From Octopus vulgaris (lineage: Eukaryota): DNA of 64,000 nucleotides. Below, one piece after another: positions 28,445-42,119 of this stretch (positions within the stretch are counted from its first letter, which is position 1; every line of letters begins with the position of its first letter). A program made the position numbers and the translations under genes. The DNA is taken from positions 17,980,001 to 18,044,000 of the forward strand of contig OX597825.1 of NCBI GenBank assembly GCA_951406725.2, given 5' to 3'. The notes below the pieces were generated by a model that was not told the DNA's origin, made no database searches, and worked only from the letters and a program-made list of their open reading frames with translations.

Positions 28445-28632
28445 TTTATTAAAAGGCATCAGAAATATAACAAAAGATGTTACTCAGGGTTTCACGTTCC
28501 CGTTCGTCGGACGGGAATAGGAAACTCTGAGTAACAGCTTTTGTTATATTTCTGCTGCTTTGAAATAAAGCATATTACTCTACATCTGGTATTTGAGTAC
28601 ACTTTGTTTCACACTTATGTGCTTACTCCGGT
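28444..28632. mobile_element. Palindromic PLE-like remnant with HHR-like core
   Basis: Arms 28444-28503 and 28511-28570; minus strand CCGACGA-ACG-GGAA-CGT-GAAA-CCCTGAGTA. Confidence 0.6.
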
Positions 28633-29132
28633 ATGTATTTATATATATATAAATATACGATGAAGTCAAATCCATATAGTTGGGAGTAGTACATCATTAA
28701 ATATAGCTTTTACAGGCAGCTGATGTAAGTTGGTATATTTATATTCATATATTAACCTCTCTCTCACTCTCTTTCTCTATATATATATATGTATGTGTTT
28801 GCTTGTGTGTCTATAAATATGTATAAAATTACATATTTACATTATGCATTTAAAGAAATATGCGCTTGTGTAAATATATAAATAGCATGTCAATTAAGAC
28901 ATATTAAAAGAGTATTCAAATAATACATATATTAATCCATGAACACACGGTCACACTTAACCGGCAATTCTTCACAGTAATAACTGCAATTAAGTACAGT
29001 ATAAATATTTCAAGGATTATATATACGCATAGAGAAATAATTACAAATAAGCAAGCAATTTTCATATAGGCACATATTCATATACATACATATACACATG
29101 TATAAATGTATACATGCACACACGCAGATGTT

Positions 29133-29192
<60 letters not shown>

Positions 29193-29361
29193 CATATATA
29201 TACATATATATATACATACATATATAAATGTATAAAACTTAAATTTTTTTTAAAAATTTATAAAACTTTTAACATCATCTTAAATTGTATGTTGAGTTTA
29301 TATAGGATACGCGTTCTATACATGTTCATAACACACATTATATATATACATATATGCATAC

Positions 29362-29421
<60 letters not shown>

Positions 29422-29424
<3 letters not shown>

Positions 29425-29572
29425 AGTGGATATGTGTAGCTTGCTTACCGACCCCATGTTCCGGGTTTACTCTCACTGTGTGTCACCTTGGGCAAGTGTC
29501 TTCCACTATTGACTCGGGCTGACTAAATCGTTGTGAGAGGATTTGGTAGACGGCAATTGAAAGAAGCCCGTC

Positions 29573-29617
<45 letters not shown>

Positions 29618-30030
29618 GGCACAGGCGTGGCTGTGTGGTAAGAAGATTGTTCTGGGTTCAGTCCCACTGAATGGAAACTTGTGAAACTCTCATACACTAT
29701 CGCCTTCAACCGACTATTTCACCTGAGTGGATTTGGTAGCCGGAAAATGAGAGAAGCCCGTCGTATATATATATTATTCGTGTGTGTATGTGTGGGTGTG
29801 TGTGTGTCTCATTGTGTCGCTGTTTGTCTCCCACCACCGCTTCACAACGGGCATTAGTTCATTTAACTCCCTGTAACTTAGCGGTTTGGGAAAAAGAGAT
29901 CTATAGAATATGTACCACGATCAGAAAAAAATGCGGCGTGGGGAAGATTTAATCGACTGAAACCTTTCGAGGTGGCTCCTCAGCATGGCTGCATTGAAAT
30001 AACTAAAACAAAGAACCGATAAAAGATAAT
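29422..30030 (+). mobile_element. Two tandem family A SINEs (29422-29573 partial; 29617-30030)
   Basis: Family A head, CACCTTGGGCAAGTGTCTTC and GAAAGAAGCCCGTCG. Confidence 0.8.
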
Positions 30031-30072
30031 AGATACATACGTACATATATATACATATATATACACTATATA

Positions 30073-30413
30073 AAAGGTAAAGACCCCCTTCGGTCATGAA
30101 TGACCATGGGATTGCACCTAGAAAGTTACCCTCCTAGACACAAGTCCGGGCAAGGTTGTTTATGGAAGACCAGCAGTCGCCCATGCATACCAGCCCCCCC
30201 TCTCCACGCCACCAGTGTTGTCCAAGGGAAAGGCAAAGGGGCCGATACAGCTTGGCACCTGTGACGTCGCAACTCATTTCTACAGCTGAGTGAACTGGAG
30301 CAACGTGAAATAAAGTGCCTTGCTCAAGAACACAACATGCAGCCCGGTTCGGGATTCGAGCTCACAACCTCACGATCGTAAGCTCGACGCTCTAACCACT
30401 GAGCCATGCGCCT
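30073..30413 (-). mobile_element. Family D tRNA-derived SINE, well preserved
   Basis: Minus strand AGGCGCATGGCTCAGTGGTTAGAGCG ... GAGCTCGAATCCC, CORE-like GTGTTCTTGAGCAAGGCAC, hairpin tail GGTCATTCATGACC. Confidence 0.85.
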
Positions 30414-30416
30414 ACA

Positions 30417-30466
<50 letters not shown>

Positions 30467-30916
30467 CACAGACACACACAGACACACACACAAATACAAA
30501 CATGGATTAACAAAAGCATACACGTCATAGATATTAATACGCTCTTTCCAAATTACGTTAGTAAATGCAATGTATGATGTAATGATATGCATACGCACAT
30601 ACTCAGAAATACTACGATGTCGTAGGAGAGCTATTTATATTATATGTGTTAGCACTCGCTAAGCCCTTCCTTTATAAACTTCTGACATTTCAACACTCTG
30701 TTCATGACATTATCATCACGACTCTTTCCTCTCACGATGTTGGTCTACCAATGTTATATTTGTGAATTATTCAGGCTGCCGTTAAAAGCATTGAGCAGAC
30801 ACAGGACGGCTACGTATGTGTGTGTGTATACATACATACATACACACATACATACATACATACATACATACATACATACATACATACATACTTTTATACA
30901 TACATACATGCGTGCA

Positions 30917-31008
<92 letters not shown>

Positions 31009-31026
31009 TATATGTATGAATATATG

Positions 31027-31089
<63 letters not shown>

Positions 31090-31121
31090 TTGCAAAATTC
31101 CTGATGTGAAATCATGTGTTG

Positions 31122-32040
31122 AAAGAGATATTGGTGTATTTCTAGACGGCCATTTTATTTATTTGTCTATTTATTTATTTATTTACCAAATAAACACATG
31201 CACTATACATATTTTGGGCTTCTTTCATCACTCGTATATTATTTTAACTTATGTTCATTGTGCGGAAATCTTGTGTCATGCGTCTGTGACCTCTTCAGCA
31301 ACACCTTTCGCTACGATGTGTCTTCTTTCTCCACTTACTTCATTCTGTTCTTCTAAGACGTGCGCATGCGTTTGTGTCCTTGTTTATTTGTGTGTGTGTG
31401 TGTATGTGTATGAGGATATAGATTTGTGTGTATGCTTGTGTGTGTGTCATAGATTTTAGCTGCAGTGTGGCCTTCTCAGCCCCATCCTCTGCCCCCTTTG
31501 TGCTGCTGCAGTCCTAAGACCCGAGTAAAAATCAATAAAAATGGTACAGTTCCTGTATTCCTTTGAGTATGTGTTTTCGCCCACGGTTTTCTGAATATGG
31601 TAGTTGCTGTTATTTCCATCGTTTTCACCACCGCTGCTGCTGACCGTATCAGTTGTGTTACTGACATCATTATGGCCGTCCATGAAGGTTAATTTTGGTT
31701 TGTGTTTATGTCTGGTTTCGTTTCGTATGTATCCATGGACTTTATATAGTTTTATTTAGTCATTTTATCTATCTCTCTCTTATATTTATTAAAGGTTTGT
31801 GGCAGATATATGTATTTATTTATTTATCTGTTTATATATTGATTTAGTAAGTGGAGGCAGAACACACACGAAGACGAAAAGTATCGCTGAAGAGGTCACA
31901 GATGTGCAACAAATGATTTCCGGACAATGGACATAAGTTATAATAATAAACGGGTGAAGAAAAAATATAGAGAGTGTGGATGTTTATTTGGCAGAAATAA
32001 ATAAATAAATGACCATCCCAAAATACAACAACATTCTTTT
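31122..32040. repeat. Diverged ~200-bp inverted repeat pair
   Basis: 31122-31340 is a diverged reverse complement of 31846-32040 (shared AGTAAGTGGAG, GCTGAAGAGGTCACAGA, ACATAAGTTA.AATAATA, TGTTTATTTGG). Confidence 0.8.
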
Positions 32041-32250
32041 ATTCTTACACTTGTTTCAGTCATTTGACTGCGGCTATGTAGCAGCACCGCCTTTCGTCGA
32101 GCCAATTTTTGTAAGCCTAGGACCTATTCTATCGCTCTTTTTTCCCGAACTGCTATGTTACAAGGACGTAAACATACCAGCATGATTTGTCAAGCGATGG
32201 TGGGGAGATTGACTTAGGCACACAAGTATGTACACCACACACACACACAC

Positions 32251-32317
<67 letters not shown>

Positions 32318-32479
32318 GACGGGATTCTTTGAGTTTCCGTCTACGAAATCCACTCACGAGACTTTGGTCGGCTCGAGGCTATAGTAGAAGACACCTGGCG
32401 AAAGTGCCACGCAGTTAGACTGACCCGGAACCTTGTGGTTGGCAAGCAAGCGACATACCACACAGCCACTCCTGGGCCT
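32037..32479 (-). mobile_element. Family A SINE
   Basis: Same diagnostic blocks as 8311-8782. Confidence 0.88.
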
Positions 32480-32583
32480 ATATATATATCTATTTAATGT
32501 AGGATAAAGTTATTTCGAAAACCAATTTTATCAATGGCCAGCATATAAAAAACACCTTTATATATATATGCATATATATGTAT

Positions 32584-32659
<76 letters not shown>

Positions 32660-33064
32660 ATTGTAATGATGTGCGGAAGGTATGAACAATAAATTTCCAA
32701 ATTTCCGGATGTTTTTACGTTAAGTGTAAACGTACGAATCCAAAACTAAGTTCTCACGTTTTACGTTTGTGCATTTGAGATTTAGATTTGACACATTTTT
32801 ATTGAATGTATTAACAATCTACAGACTCTGATTTGAGTTATCATTGAATTGAACGCCATTATACTAAAGAGCTGTGCATTAAAAAGTTGGGCAATGCTAT
32901 CGAAACCAAACTAAGTCCTGAGGTCAACAATCTCCGAACCATACAAAATATTACTTATAGTATTTGGTAATTTTATTTATTTCCTGTACAATCCTGACGT
33001 AGTTCGTCTTAACTCAGGCGCAAAGCAAGCCATAATGCGAAATATTTTCTCCATAGATTTACTA

Positions 33065-33560
33065 GATCTTTGTTATTGACCTGGAAAAAAAATGAGAAAC
33101 GGATACCAAGCCCTAGTGGGAATTGAACTCGGAACGTGTGGGAAGAAATATCACAAAAAATATTGCGTGATGTACTAACAAATCTGCCACCCCACCTAAA
33201 AAATGTGGCGCAAGGCCAGCATTATTAAAGAGAGTCGATTAAATTGACCTCACTGCTCAAATGGTACTTCTTTCATCGGCGCCGAACCGATAAAAGTCGA
33301 TTTCAGTAGCATTTGAACTTAGATCATAAGGGAATGGAAGAAATAACGCTGAGTATTTTGTCCAGCGCAGTAACTATTTTGTCAGCTCACCGCTATCTAG
33401 TTCCCCACTAATAATAAAGGTTCCTAATTTAGAAACAAAACCTACAGTTTCAAGGAGAGGATATGAATCGATATCATCAAGCGCAGTATGAGAGTGATTT
33501 TATTTAATCGACCCCAAAATTTGGAAAGAGAGTGTGTATTAATAAAAAGGACTTTAAGTG
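33065..33560 (-). mobile_element. Cluster of ~3 old family B SINEs
   Basis: TTGAACTCGG and TTTGAACTTAG B-boxes; degenerate reversed TCGACCCC domain. Confidence 0.55.
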
Positions 33561-33585
33561 CCGAGACATATACGAAAGCCATTCA

Positions 33586-33887
33586 AGGCGCCGAGCTGGC
33601 AGAATCGTTAGCACGCCGGGTGAAATGCTTAGCGGTATTTCGTCTGTCGCTACGTTCTGTGTTCAAATTCCGCCGAGGTCGACTTTGTCAAGCGATGGTG
33701 AGAAGACAGACTCAGGCACACAAACATATATACTTACACATATATTTATATACAAACGACAGGCTTCTTTGAGTTTCATCGTTTCGGGGTCGATAAATAA
33801 AGTACCAGTTTCGCACTGGTGTCGATGTAATCGACTTAATCCGTTTGTCTGTCCTTGTTTGTCTCCTCTTGTAGGCAGTAAAGAAAT
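33586..33887 (+). mobile_element. Family B SINE with an internal family A fragment
   Basis: Family B head and tail; 33685-33777 matches family A minus-strand internal sequence. Confidence 0.85.
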
Positions 33888-35066
33888 ATATATCAAAGCC
33901 AGTATTGGGGGATCCCTAATAATTCGCCGATGCCATTAATCCAGTATGTATTATATTCAATATGTTTATTGTGTGTTAATAGTAAAGAAATTTTATCATT
34001 CCCATACATTTTCACCAAGTTGACATAAGGTTTTTTTTTTAAATTCACTTCACTCTGGATTCATATTCATCCTACTTAAAACACACAATGTAGCTTATGC
34101 GATCCTAAGCAAAAAGACTCTACATATCTACTTGTCAGACGAAATCTCCATAAATTTCCATAAATCTCTGTAAATTGCGAACAAATCTCCATAAATTACC
34201 TCTAAATCTCCATAAAATTGTCCTCGATAGTAAATGCCCGAGAAACAGATGGGATATCTGGGACTATACCATCCTTCATTCTAGCTGTCCTTGATCAACT
34301 TTGATCTGGAGCTAAACAAGAATCCTGATAACGGAACTCATTCGCTATAAAATTATTGTCTAGTATATTATCTAAACATAATTGCCAAGTATATTACCGA
34401 TGTGCTGTATTGTTCTATCATGTCATTACTATGTAAAATCTTCATCTGAGGCATTGTAACACAAACCTCTTTCATATCTCTTAGCACTAACGAGGAAGAT
34501 GTTGTTAAATCTCTTAAGAGACGACACAAGGTCTCATAATGACTGAGATTCTAGCTTCTCATTAGCATGGTTTATCCTTCTGGCACCTGTCTGAGCACCT
34601 TAAGTATATCTTATCTCAAATAGCTTCTCATTTTTTAAACATAATCTTTCGCTCACGTAAGCCGCGTGGGTGAAATTAGGTGGAAAGAAATTGGACGAGA
34701 AAACACCCCGATAGACTAAAAATTTTCTTGCAGGATTGATACCTCAACCCATTTTATCTCTTGGGTGCATGCAGGAAAAATCCACTCCTCTGAAAGGAAG
34801 CAGAGCTGATCGGTAGTGTGTGACACAATATATTGATACTCTGCTATCAATTGTAGTAAATCTCAAACGGCGTAGACAGTGCAGTATTAAAGCATGGGAG
34901 ACCAAAGTAGTTGCCCAGGGACTTCATGGGTCAGAGGTCAAATCTTCATCTGCATACGTCGTCGCTAATTGTCAATAAATAAATACAATAAAGCAAAGTT
35001 CAATGGTTTGTCTGCGAGTCTAAAATGCTGGTGAGACGGACGCATTCGTAGAATATTTTCTAGTCA

Positions 35067-35612
35067 AGGCCGCGAGCTGGTAGAAACGTTAGCACACCGG
35101 GCGAATTGCTCAGCAGTATTTCGTCTGCCTTTACGTTCTGAGTTCAAATTCCGCAGAGGTCGACTTTGCCTTTCATCCTTTCGGGGTCGATAAATTAAGT
35201 ACCAGATACGCACTGGGGTCTATGTAATCGACTTAATCCGTTTGTCTGTCCTTGTTTGTTCTCTCTATATTTAGCCCCTTGTGGGTAGTAAAGAAATAGG
35301 TATTTCGTCTGTCGTTACGTTCTGAGTTCAAATTTCGCCGAGGTCGACTTTGCCTTTTATCCTTTCTGTGTCGTACCAGTTACGCACTGGGGTCGATATA
35401 ATCGACTTAATCCGTTTGTCTGTTCTTGTTTGTCCTTTCTGTGTTTAGCCCCTTGTGGGCAGTACAGAAATAGATATTTCGTCTGCCGCTACGTTCTGAG
35501 TTCAAATTCCGCCGTGGTCGACTTTGCCATTCATCCTTTCGGGGTCGATATAATCAACTTAATCTGTTTGTTTGTCCTCTGTGTGTAGCACCTTGTGGGC
35601 AGTAAAGAAATA
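35067..35612 (+). mobile_element. Family B SINE trimer
   Basis: One head; the body restarts at TATTTCGTCTG at ~35118, 35301 and 35476. Confidence 0.9.
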
Positions 35613-36642
35613 AAGTGTTCTCTAGTTTCTTTTGCTTATCATTGTCGGAAGCCTTGCAATAGAAACGATCACGAGTTTCGTTCTTTTCTCTCTGACTAAA
35701 CCATGAAAGTTATTAGTCATTGAACCACCCTGTATATAAAAGAAAAAATTCTATTGCGTTCAACACCAATGATTCCGATCGTGTGTTACATGCATTTGTG
35801 ACACATTGAAAGATATCGAATTTTTATAGCCTAGCTGGTTTAGATTGCAAAAACAGGCGTACACAAACACACACACTCACAGGCACACACAAACACTCAC
35901 ATACATACACTCGCACACATAATTATTTCTGCGCTTACTGAGTTGCATTGAGTGTGATATTCTATGCTTATTCAGAGATCTAATCAATTCTTTTATGCAT
36001 TATTCTGTATTTTCTTATTAATTCTTATGTCACAGTTATCCTTTATCTTTCCTCATATTGATATTAATTATAAATTAACTTCGCCGTATATTAGTATATG
36101 CTCCACCGTCATTTTCCTACTAATAAATATATATGTATACGAGACGGGAAATATATTTTAAGTGCATTGAATCATTTTGTAAGTACAGTATTATAATAAA
36201 AAACAGAATATGTGAATACGAGTGTTAGGGCTTCTATGTCTGTCAGACTTAAACGCTCATTGACGTTGGATAAAAATCTATAGGGACTCATTCAGTATAT
36301 TTCTTTAATCTTCTATACTTCTGTAATAGTATGTCTTAATTTTTCAGTCAAAAAAATTCAATAGCCGTACGAGATTATATGTATGCAAAACACAAACTCA
36401 GGCACACACAGAGGAAGCTTGTGTGAATTAGTTCGATTTGAAAACATCGCAAGAGATGGACCCTTCATGAAATTGCAGCGACGAGAATGCATAGCTGCAT
36501 ACGGAGCAATGTGTAGTTGCAATTGAAACACATGTTGATCATTGTTATATATGGTGTAGAAAAGGTTTTTAATAAAAAAAAAGTATTAGATGTGAATAAA
36601 TATCCACTCTCTTCTTCGTTTTCAATTATATATATATATACA

Positions 36643-36881
36643 CTCTTTTACTTATTTCAGTCATTTGACTGCGGTCATGCTGGAGCACGGCCTTTAGTCG
36701 AACAAATCGACCCCAGGACTTATTCCTTGTAAGCCTAGTACATATTCTATCTGTCTCTTTGCCGAACCGCTATGTTACGGAGACGTAAACACACCAGCAT
36801 CGGTTGTCAAGAGCGATGTTGGGGTACAAACGCAGACACTCAAACACACACACACACATACATATGCATATACATATATAT

Positions 36882-36944
<63 letters not shown>

Positions 36945-37108
36945 TACGACGGGTTTCTTTCAGTTTCTGTCTATCAAATCCATTCACAAGGCTTGGATCG
37001 ACCGAGGCTATTGTAGAAGACACTTGCCAAAGGTGCCACGCAGTGGGAATGAACTCAGAACCATGTGGTTGTTAAGCAAGCTACTTACCACGCATCCACT
37101 CCTGCGCC
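36643..37108 (-). mobile_element. Family A SINE, full length
   Basis: Diagnostic family A blocks; ends CCACTCCTGCGCC. Confidence 0.9.
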
Positions 37109-37148
37109 TAGAGATATCCGGCCTTGCTCGGGACTAAAATGGCATAGG
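37108..37148 (-). mobile_element. Isolated Helitron-like 3' terminus
   Basis: Minus strand CCCGAGCAAGGCCGGATATCTCTAG; similar to 56070-56097. Confidence 0.5.
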
Positions 37149-37149
37149 A

Positions 37150-37285
37150 TTTATTCTTTGTAAGCTTGGTGCTTATTCTATCGACAGCTTCTGAGGAACC
37201 GCTAAGATACGAGGACGCAAACACACCAACATGGATTTCTAAGTGATGGTAGGGGAACAAACACATACACAAACGCACACACACG

Positions 37286-37339
<54 letters not shown>

Positions 37340-37447
37340 ACATACTTCTTTCAGTTTCCTCTCTGTCATGGCTTTGTTCGGGCGAAGGCTATAGTAGAAG
37401 ACACTTGCCGAAAGTGCCACTCAGTGGGACTGAACCCGGAACCATAT
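37150..37447 (-). mobile_element. Family A SINE, partial
   Basis: Diagnostic family A blocks. Confidence 0.8.
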
Positions 37448-38240
37448 GACTATAAACGATGCACTATGAATGAGATAGTACCTACTGTCAGTATACACAA
37501 ACAGAGCCCGAACTAAAGTAGCGAAATTGGTGGTTATATCTTTGCTGTATTCATACAGCATAGCATTCTTTAAAACGTAAGTACAATTTTTAGTGTACAG
37601 CTACAAATGTCACGTGAGCGGCGGAGTTGACTGAACAAATCAATTACGTGACGAATATATATTTGATTGATTCTCAAGGGAGTAAAGACCGAATTGCGTA
37701 CCTCTCTATTTGAGCGCAATAAACATTTACTTTGTATAAACTTTTATGACGATGGGCAAAAGAAAGAATCGATCTTAGTACATAATAAGTGCCTATTTAA
37801 TGACGTGGGATGACAGCAAATAATACTAAGGTGAGATAAGAAATCATTGACTTCGAGAATGAAATTAAATAATATTCTCAGTGGCTTCAATTACACGCGT
37901 TTAGTGTTGGTTCTTTGGTTCTTGCTGAATATATTCCAAGGCCTTTAATGTCGAGAGGAGATGATAGTCGCCTATATCGACATTAGTAATTACCTGGAGG
38001 TTTTAGTAGGGAATCCTGAATGGTGAAAAGTAAAGTAGGACTTCAATTTGGGGGATTTGAAATCACAGCTTAAGAGGTGTAAACTTACAGCATGGTGTTT
38101 TGTTCGTTGCTGTTATAATTCAGCCAGAGCACCGCTCGGATGTTAAATATTACTTCTTAGTATTGACTCAATGGCAGTTATTGTGGTGAATTGTAATGGA
38201 CAAAATAGACTTCATCACTTGACGGAATACTAGGTATGGC

Positions 38241-38622
38241 AAGGCGGCGTGCTGGCAGAAACGTTAGCACGCCGGTCGAAATGCTTAGCGGTATTTCGTC
38301 TGTCTTTACGTTCTAAGTTGAAATTCCGCCGAGGTTGACTTTGCATTTCATCCTTTCGGGGCCGATAAATTAAGTACGGGTGAGGCACTGGGGTCGATGT
38401 AATCGACTTAATCCGTTTGTATGTCCTTGTTTGTCCTCTCTGTGTTTAGCCCCCTGTGGGTAGTAAAGAAATAAGTATTTCGGCTGCCGCTACATTCAAA
38501 TTCCGCCAAAATCGACTTTGACATTTATCCTTTCGGAGTCGAGAAATTAATATCAGTTGCGTACTGGGTTTGATCTAATCGACGGGCCCCAAAATGTCGG
38601 GCCATGTGCCAAGAGTAGAAAA
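38241..38622 (+). mobile_element. Family B SINE dimer with 15-bp TSD
   Basis: GGAATACTAGGTATG at 38224-38238 and 38623-38637. Confidence 0.92.
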
Positions 38623-38701
38623 GGAATACTAGGTATGTCAACACATGAAAGAACAAAAGGGGCGTCTGAACATTTAAATGCCTTTAAAATTCAAGTGCAA
38701 T

Positions 38702-38884
38702 GCGGAGCCGCATGGCTTAGTGGTTAAGTTTTTGGGCACATAATTGTAAGATTGCAGTTTCGATTCCTGGTCAGGGCGATGAGTTGTCTTCTTGAGCAGA
38801 ACATCCTTTCATGTTGCTTCAGTCCATTCAGTGGGTAAAAAGGAGTAAACATGTGACGGAACGGAGTCCCGTCCAGTGCGGTGC

Positions 38885-38917
<33 letters not shown>

Positions 38918-38950
38918 CGCCACAGAAACCTAGTAACTGGCCCTCCGGTT
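38702..38950 (+). mobile_element. tRNA-derived SINE with CORE/V-like domain
   Basis: TGGCTTAGTGGTTA A-box, GTTTCGATTCC B-box, TTCTTGAGCAG and GTCCCGTCCAG. Confidence 0.7.
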
Positions 38951-40211
38951 CTATATAAAATCGGAAGTCATATAGACTTTTTAAAGGGGAAAACAATTTG
39001 TCCCCCTATTCCATACCACCAACTTAAAGCGAAACATTTATTTTTAAATAATTTTCAGAAGACGGCACGCCTTAAAATGGGAAAATTACTGATAAAATAT
39101 ATTATCACTTGCATGATGCTTATGTTATTGATCTCCGAAAGAATATTCACTTGGGTGACTCCAAATGGGCTTCAGAACAAAACGTAAGCAAAATACTGCG
39201 TAATATATTGTCAGGACCTTCTTCGACCCTACCATCAACCGCTGTCCGCCTTATGAATATGATGGACAATCTATATTATCTACTCACGTACAGCCGGGGT
39301 ACATAAGTGTAGTTTACAATGCTTATTCGCAAACCGCGACTAAGTTATGGTCAGGGAAGAGAGAAAGAGGGGAAAATAGACGTGGATAGGCAATCCACAT
39401 ATTCTCATCAAGTCTACGGATATTATCCTATGTTAAGTAGATTGGCCGATTAGATTAATATGTGAGGAAGCATCAGTAGGAATATACATACATATATATA
39501 TACACACACACAAACATATATATATATACGCTTTTTATTGCGTTAGTCTATGTGCTTCAGTCTTAAGTTAACTGTTTGGTCAGGCTGATTGTATAGCTGC
39601 TCTATTAGAATGCCATGTCGCTATAGCTTAACTGATTACGATCAACAACAACCCTACTCTCCAGAGGGCGGCTTACTGTTTGTTACATCTATAGCTTTCG
39701 CTTGTAATGGTTAACCAAGACCGTCTTCCTATTCAGTGTCTATTCAGCCAGTCATCAGATAGCATAAGAGTTTCTCTGATAAAATCTGCTTGGTTGAAAA
39801 TACGTGTGTACACACTAAGATGTATGTACATATTTGCATATAAACTAACATAGAGAGATAAGAAGGTTGAAGTCAAGAAATTGCGAATATATTTGGATTG
39901 TACGTAAATGTGTATTACTATATATATATGTGTGTGTGTGTGTGTTACATTGTGCTCCTGCGTACGTATCAATGTATGTATGAGTGTGTTTATTCATGTG
40001 TGATGGTATATTGGAATTAATCGGTAAATGGACGGTGTACTTATTAATTTTTCCCTAACCGATTCTTCTGCAAAGATTCTGGCTGCTTCTGTCTGCTACG
40101 AAACCTAGACAAACACAGACAGAAAGAACTATGCACATACTTCCGAACATACACAGGAGTATGCGTCTGCGTTAGTGTAAGAGCGTGTATGCGCGCGTGT
40201 CTCTATGCATG

Positions 40212-40248
<37 letters not shown>

Positions 40249-40280
40249 TATACATATACATATAGATACGTATACATATA

Positions 40281-40327
<47 letters not shown>

Positions 40328-40385
40328 ACATATATATATATACATATATATACATATATATATATACATATATACATATATATAC

Positions 40386-40417
<32 letters not shown>

Positions 40418-40613
40418 GTATGTATATATATATATATGTTGCCACGCAAACATAAGGACATTCATCGAGATGTAGGATAACAACCAACAAGATTAATAGC
40501 ATGTGTGCGCGAATATTTTTTCCCCTGTGTGTGTATGTATGCGCGTGCGCAGGTTTATTCTTGCATGCTCACAGACGTTAATGTACATGTACGTACAGAG
40601 TTATGTATGTGCA

Positions 40614-40680
<67 letters not shown>

Positions 40681-41152
40681 TTATTTATACATACATACAA
40701 TCAAACATAAGGATAATCAAAAAGATACAGAGAATCAACGAACAGGTTTAATAGTATCGATCTCTGTATATAAGAATTGATAGCGGTAATATCAAAATAC
40801 GACGATCCGCTATTTCTTAAATAGTTATTTCTCGTTGTAGTAGTAGTAGTTGTTTTTGTTGTTGCTGTTATCGTTCTTGTTTTTAGAAACAGGATTTGTT
40901 TCATCATTGACTACTGTGCATGAAATATGCACTATGCATGCGTAGTCATTACGTGAATTTGATGTGCATATGCGCAGAGCGCAAATATTGATTTTTTTTA
41001 CTTAAGTATGCACAAGCCCAATTGAACACTGGATATGGTTTAGTCAACTGAGTCAGGCTCACTAATTCACTATTGCAGACATTTATTATATTGCTTGTAA
41101 ATGGTACAAAGGTATGATCCTCCATATATATATATATATATATATTCATTTA

Positions 41153-41389
41153 TTCCTTTATTCTTTTAATTGTTTTAGTCATTTGATTGCGGCAATGCTG
41201 GAGCACCGCCTTTAGTCGAGAAAATTGCCCCTAGGGCTTATTCTTTGTGAGCATAGTACTTATTCTATCGAATAAGTTATGGAGATGTAAATACACCAAC
41301 ATCGGTTGCCAAGCCATGTCGGGAGGACAAACTCAGAAAAACAAACATGTAAACACACAGAAACACACACACACACGTATATCTATCTG

Positions 41390-41434
<45 letters not shown>

Positions 41435-41531
41435 ATATATATATATATATATAAATATATATGCACACACACACACATATATATATATATATACATACAT
41501 ACATACATACATACATACATACATACATACA

Positions 41532-41563
<32 letters not shown>

Positions 41564-41697
41564 CATATATATATACGACTGACCTCTCTCAGACTCCATG
41601 AACCAAATCCATTCACAAAGCTTTGGTTGGCCCGAGGCTATAGTAGAAGACACTTGCCCAAGGTGCCATGTAGCGGGACTGAACTAGGAACCATGTG
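41153..41697 (-). mobile_element. Family A SINE with expanded (ATCT)(TA)(ATAC) centre
   Basis: Diagnostic family A blocks. Confidence 0.85.
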
Positions 41698-42119
41698 AAA
41701 TGAAGTGTTTTAATCAAGATAACAATACATCACCCTGCCCAGAAATTGAAATAATATCATACGGTCATCAGTGAAAAACGCTTAGTACGGTGTAATGTGC
41801 CAGCTTAAAAACCTGATACACAAACACGTGCGTACACACAAAATAACACACATACACACATACATACTATATAAATTCTACCCCCACCACGCCCGGGAAG
41901 GTCGTAGCGACAGAGTCCTCATGCACATCCTCCCATAGAATTTCTATTAGAAATAATGATCATAAGATTTTCGGTTGGATTCCCAAAGTTAGCTGTATTA
42001 CCCAGCCACCCTTGTGATCCAACCCTGCATGTGTGTATGTGTGTGTGTTAAAGTACATGACATTTGTTTGAGAGAGCTCTATCCGGTTATTAACAAAGCG
42101 ACAAGGCTCTTTGAGTTAA

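Noticed and set aside
30335-30413. Functional tRNA gene (also 14235, 10708)
   Set aside because: A/B boxes continue into a SINE body; no clean acceptor stem or terminator
31456-31683. 75-aa minus-strand ORF in the inverted-repeat spacer
   Set aside because: Short, with no recognisable domain or splice support
39688-39765. Minus-strand CTGATGA...GAAAGCTA hammerhead
   Set aside because: No stem II pairing and stem I is out of register
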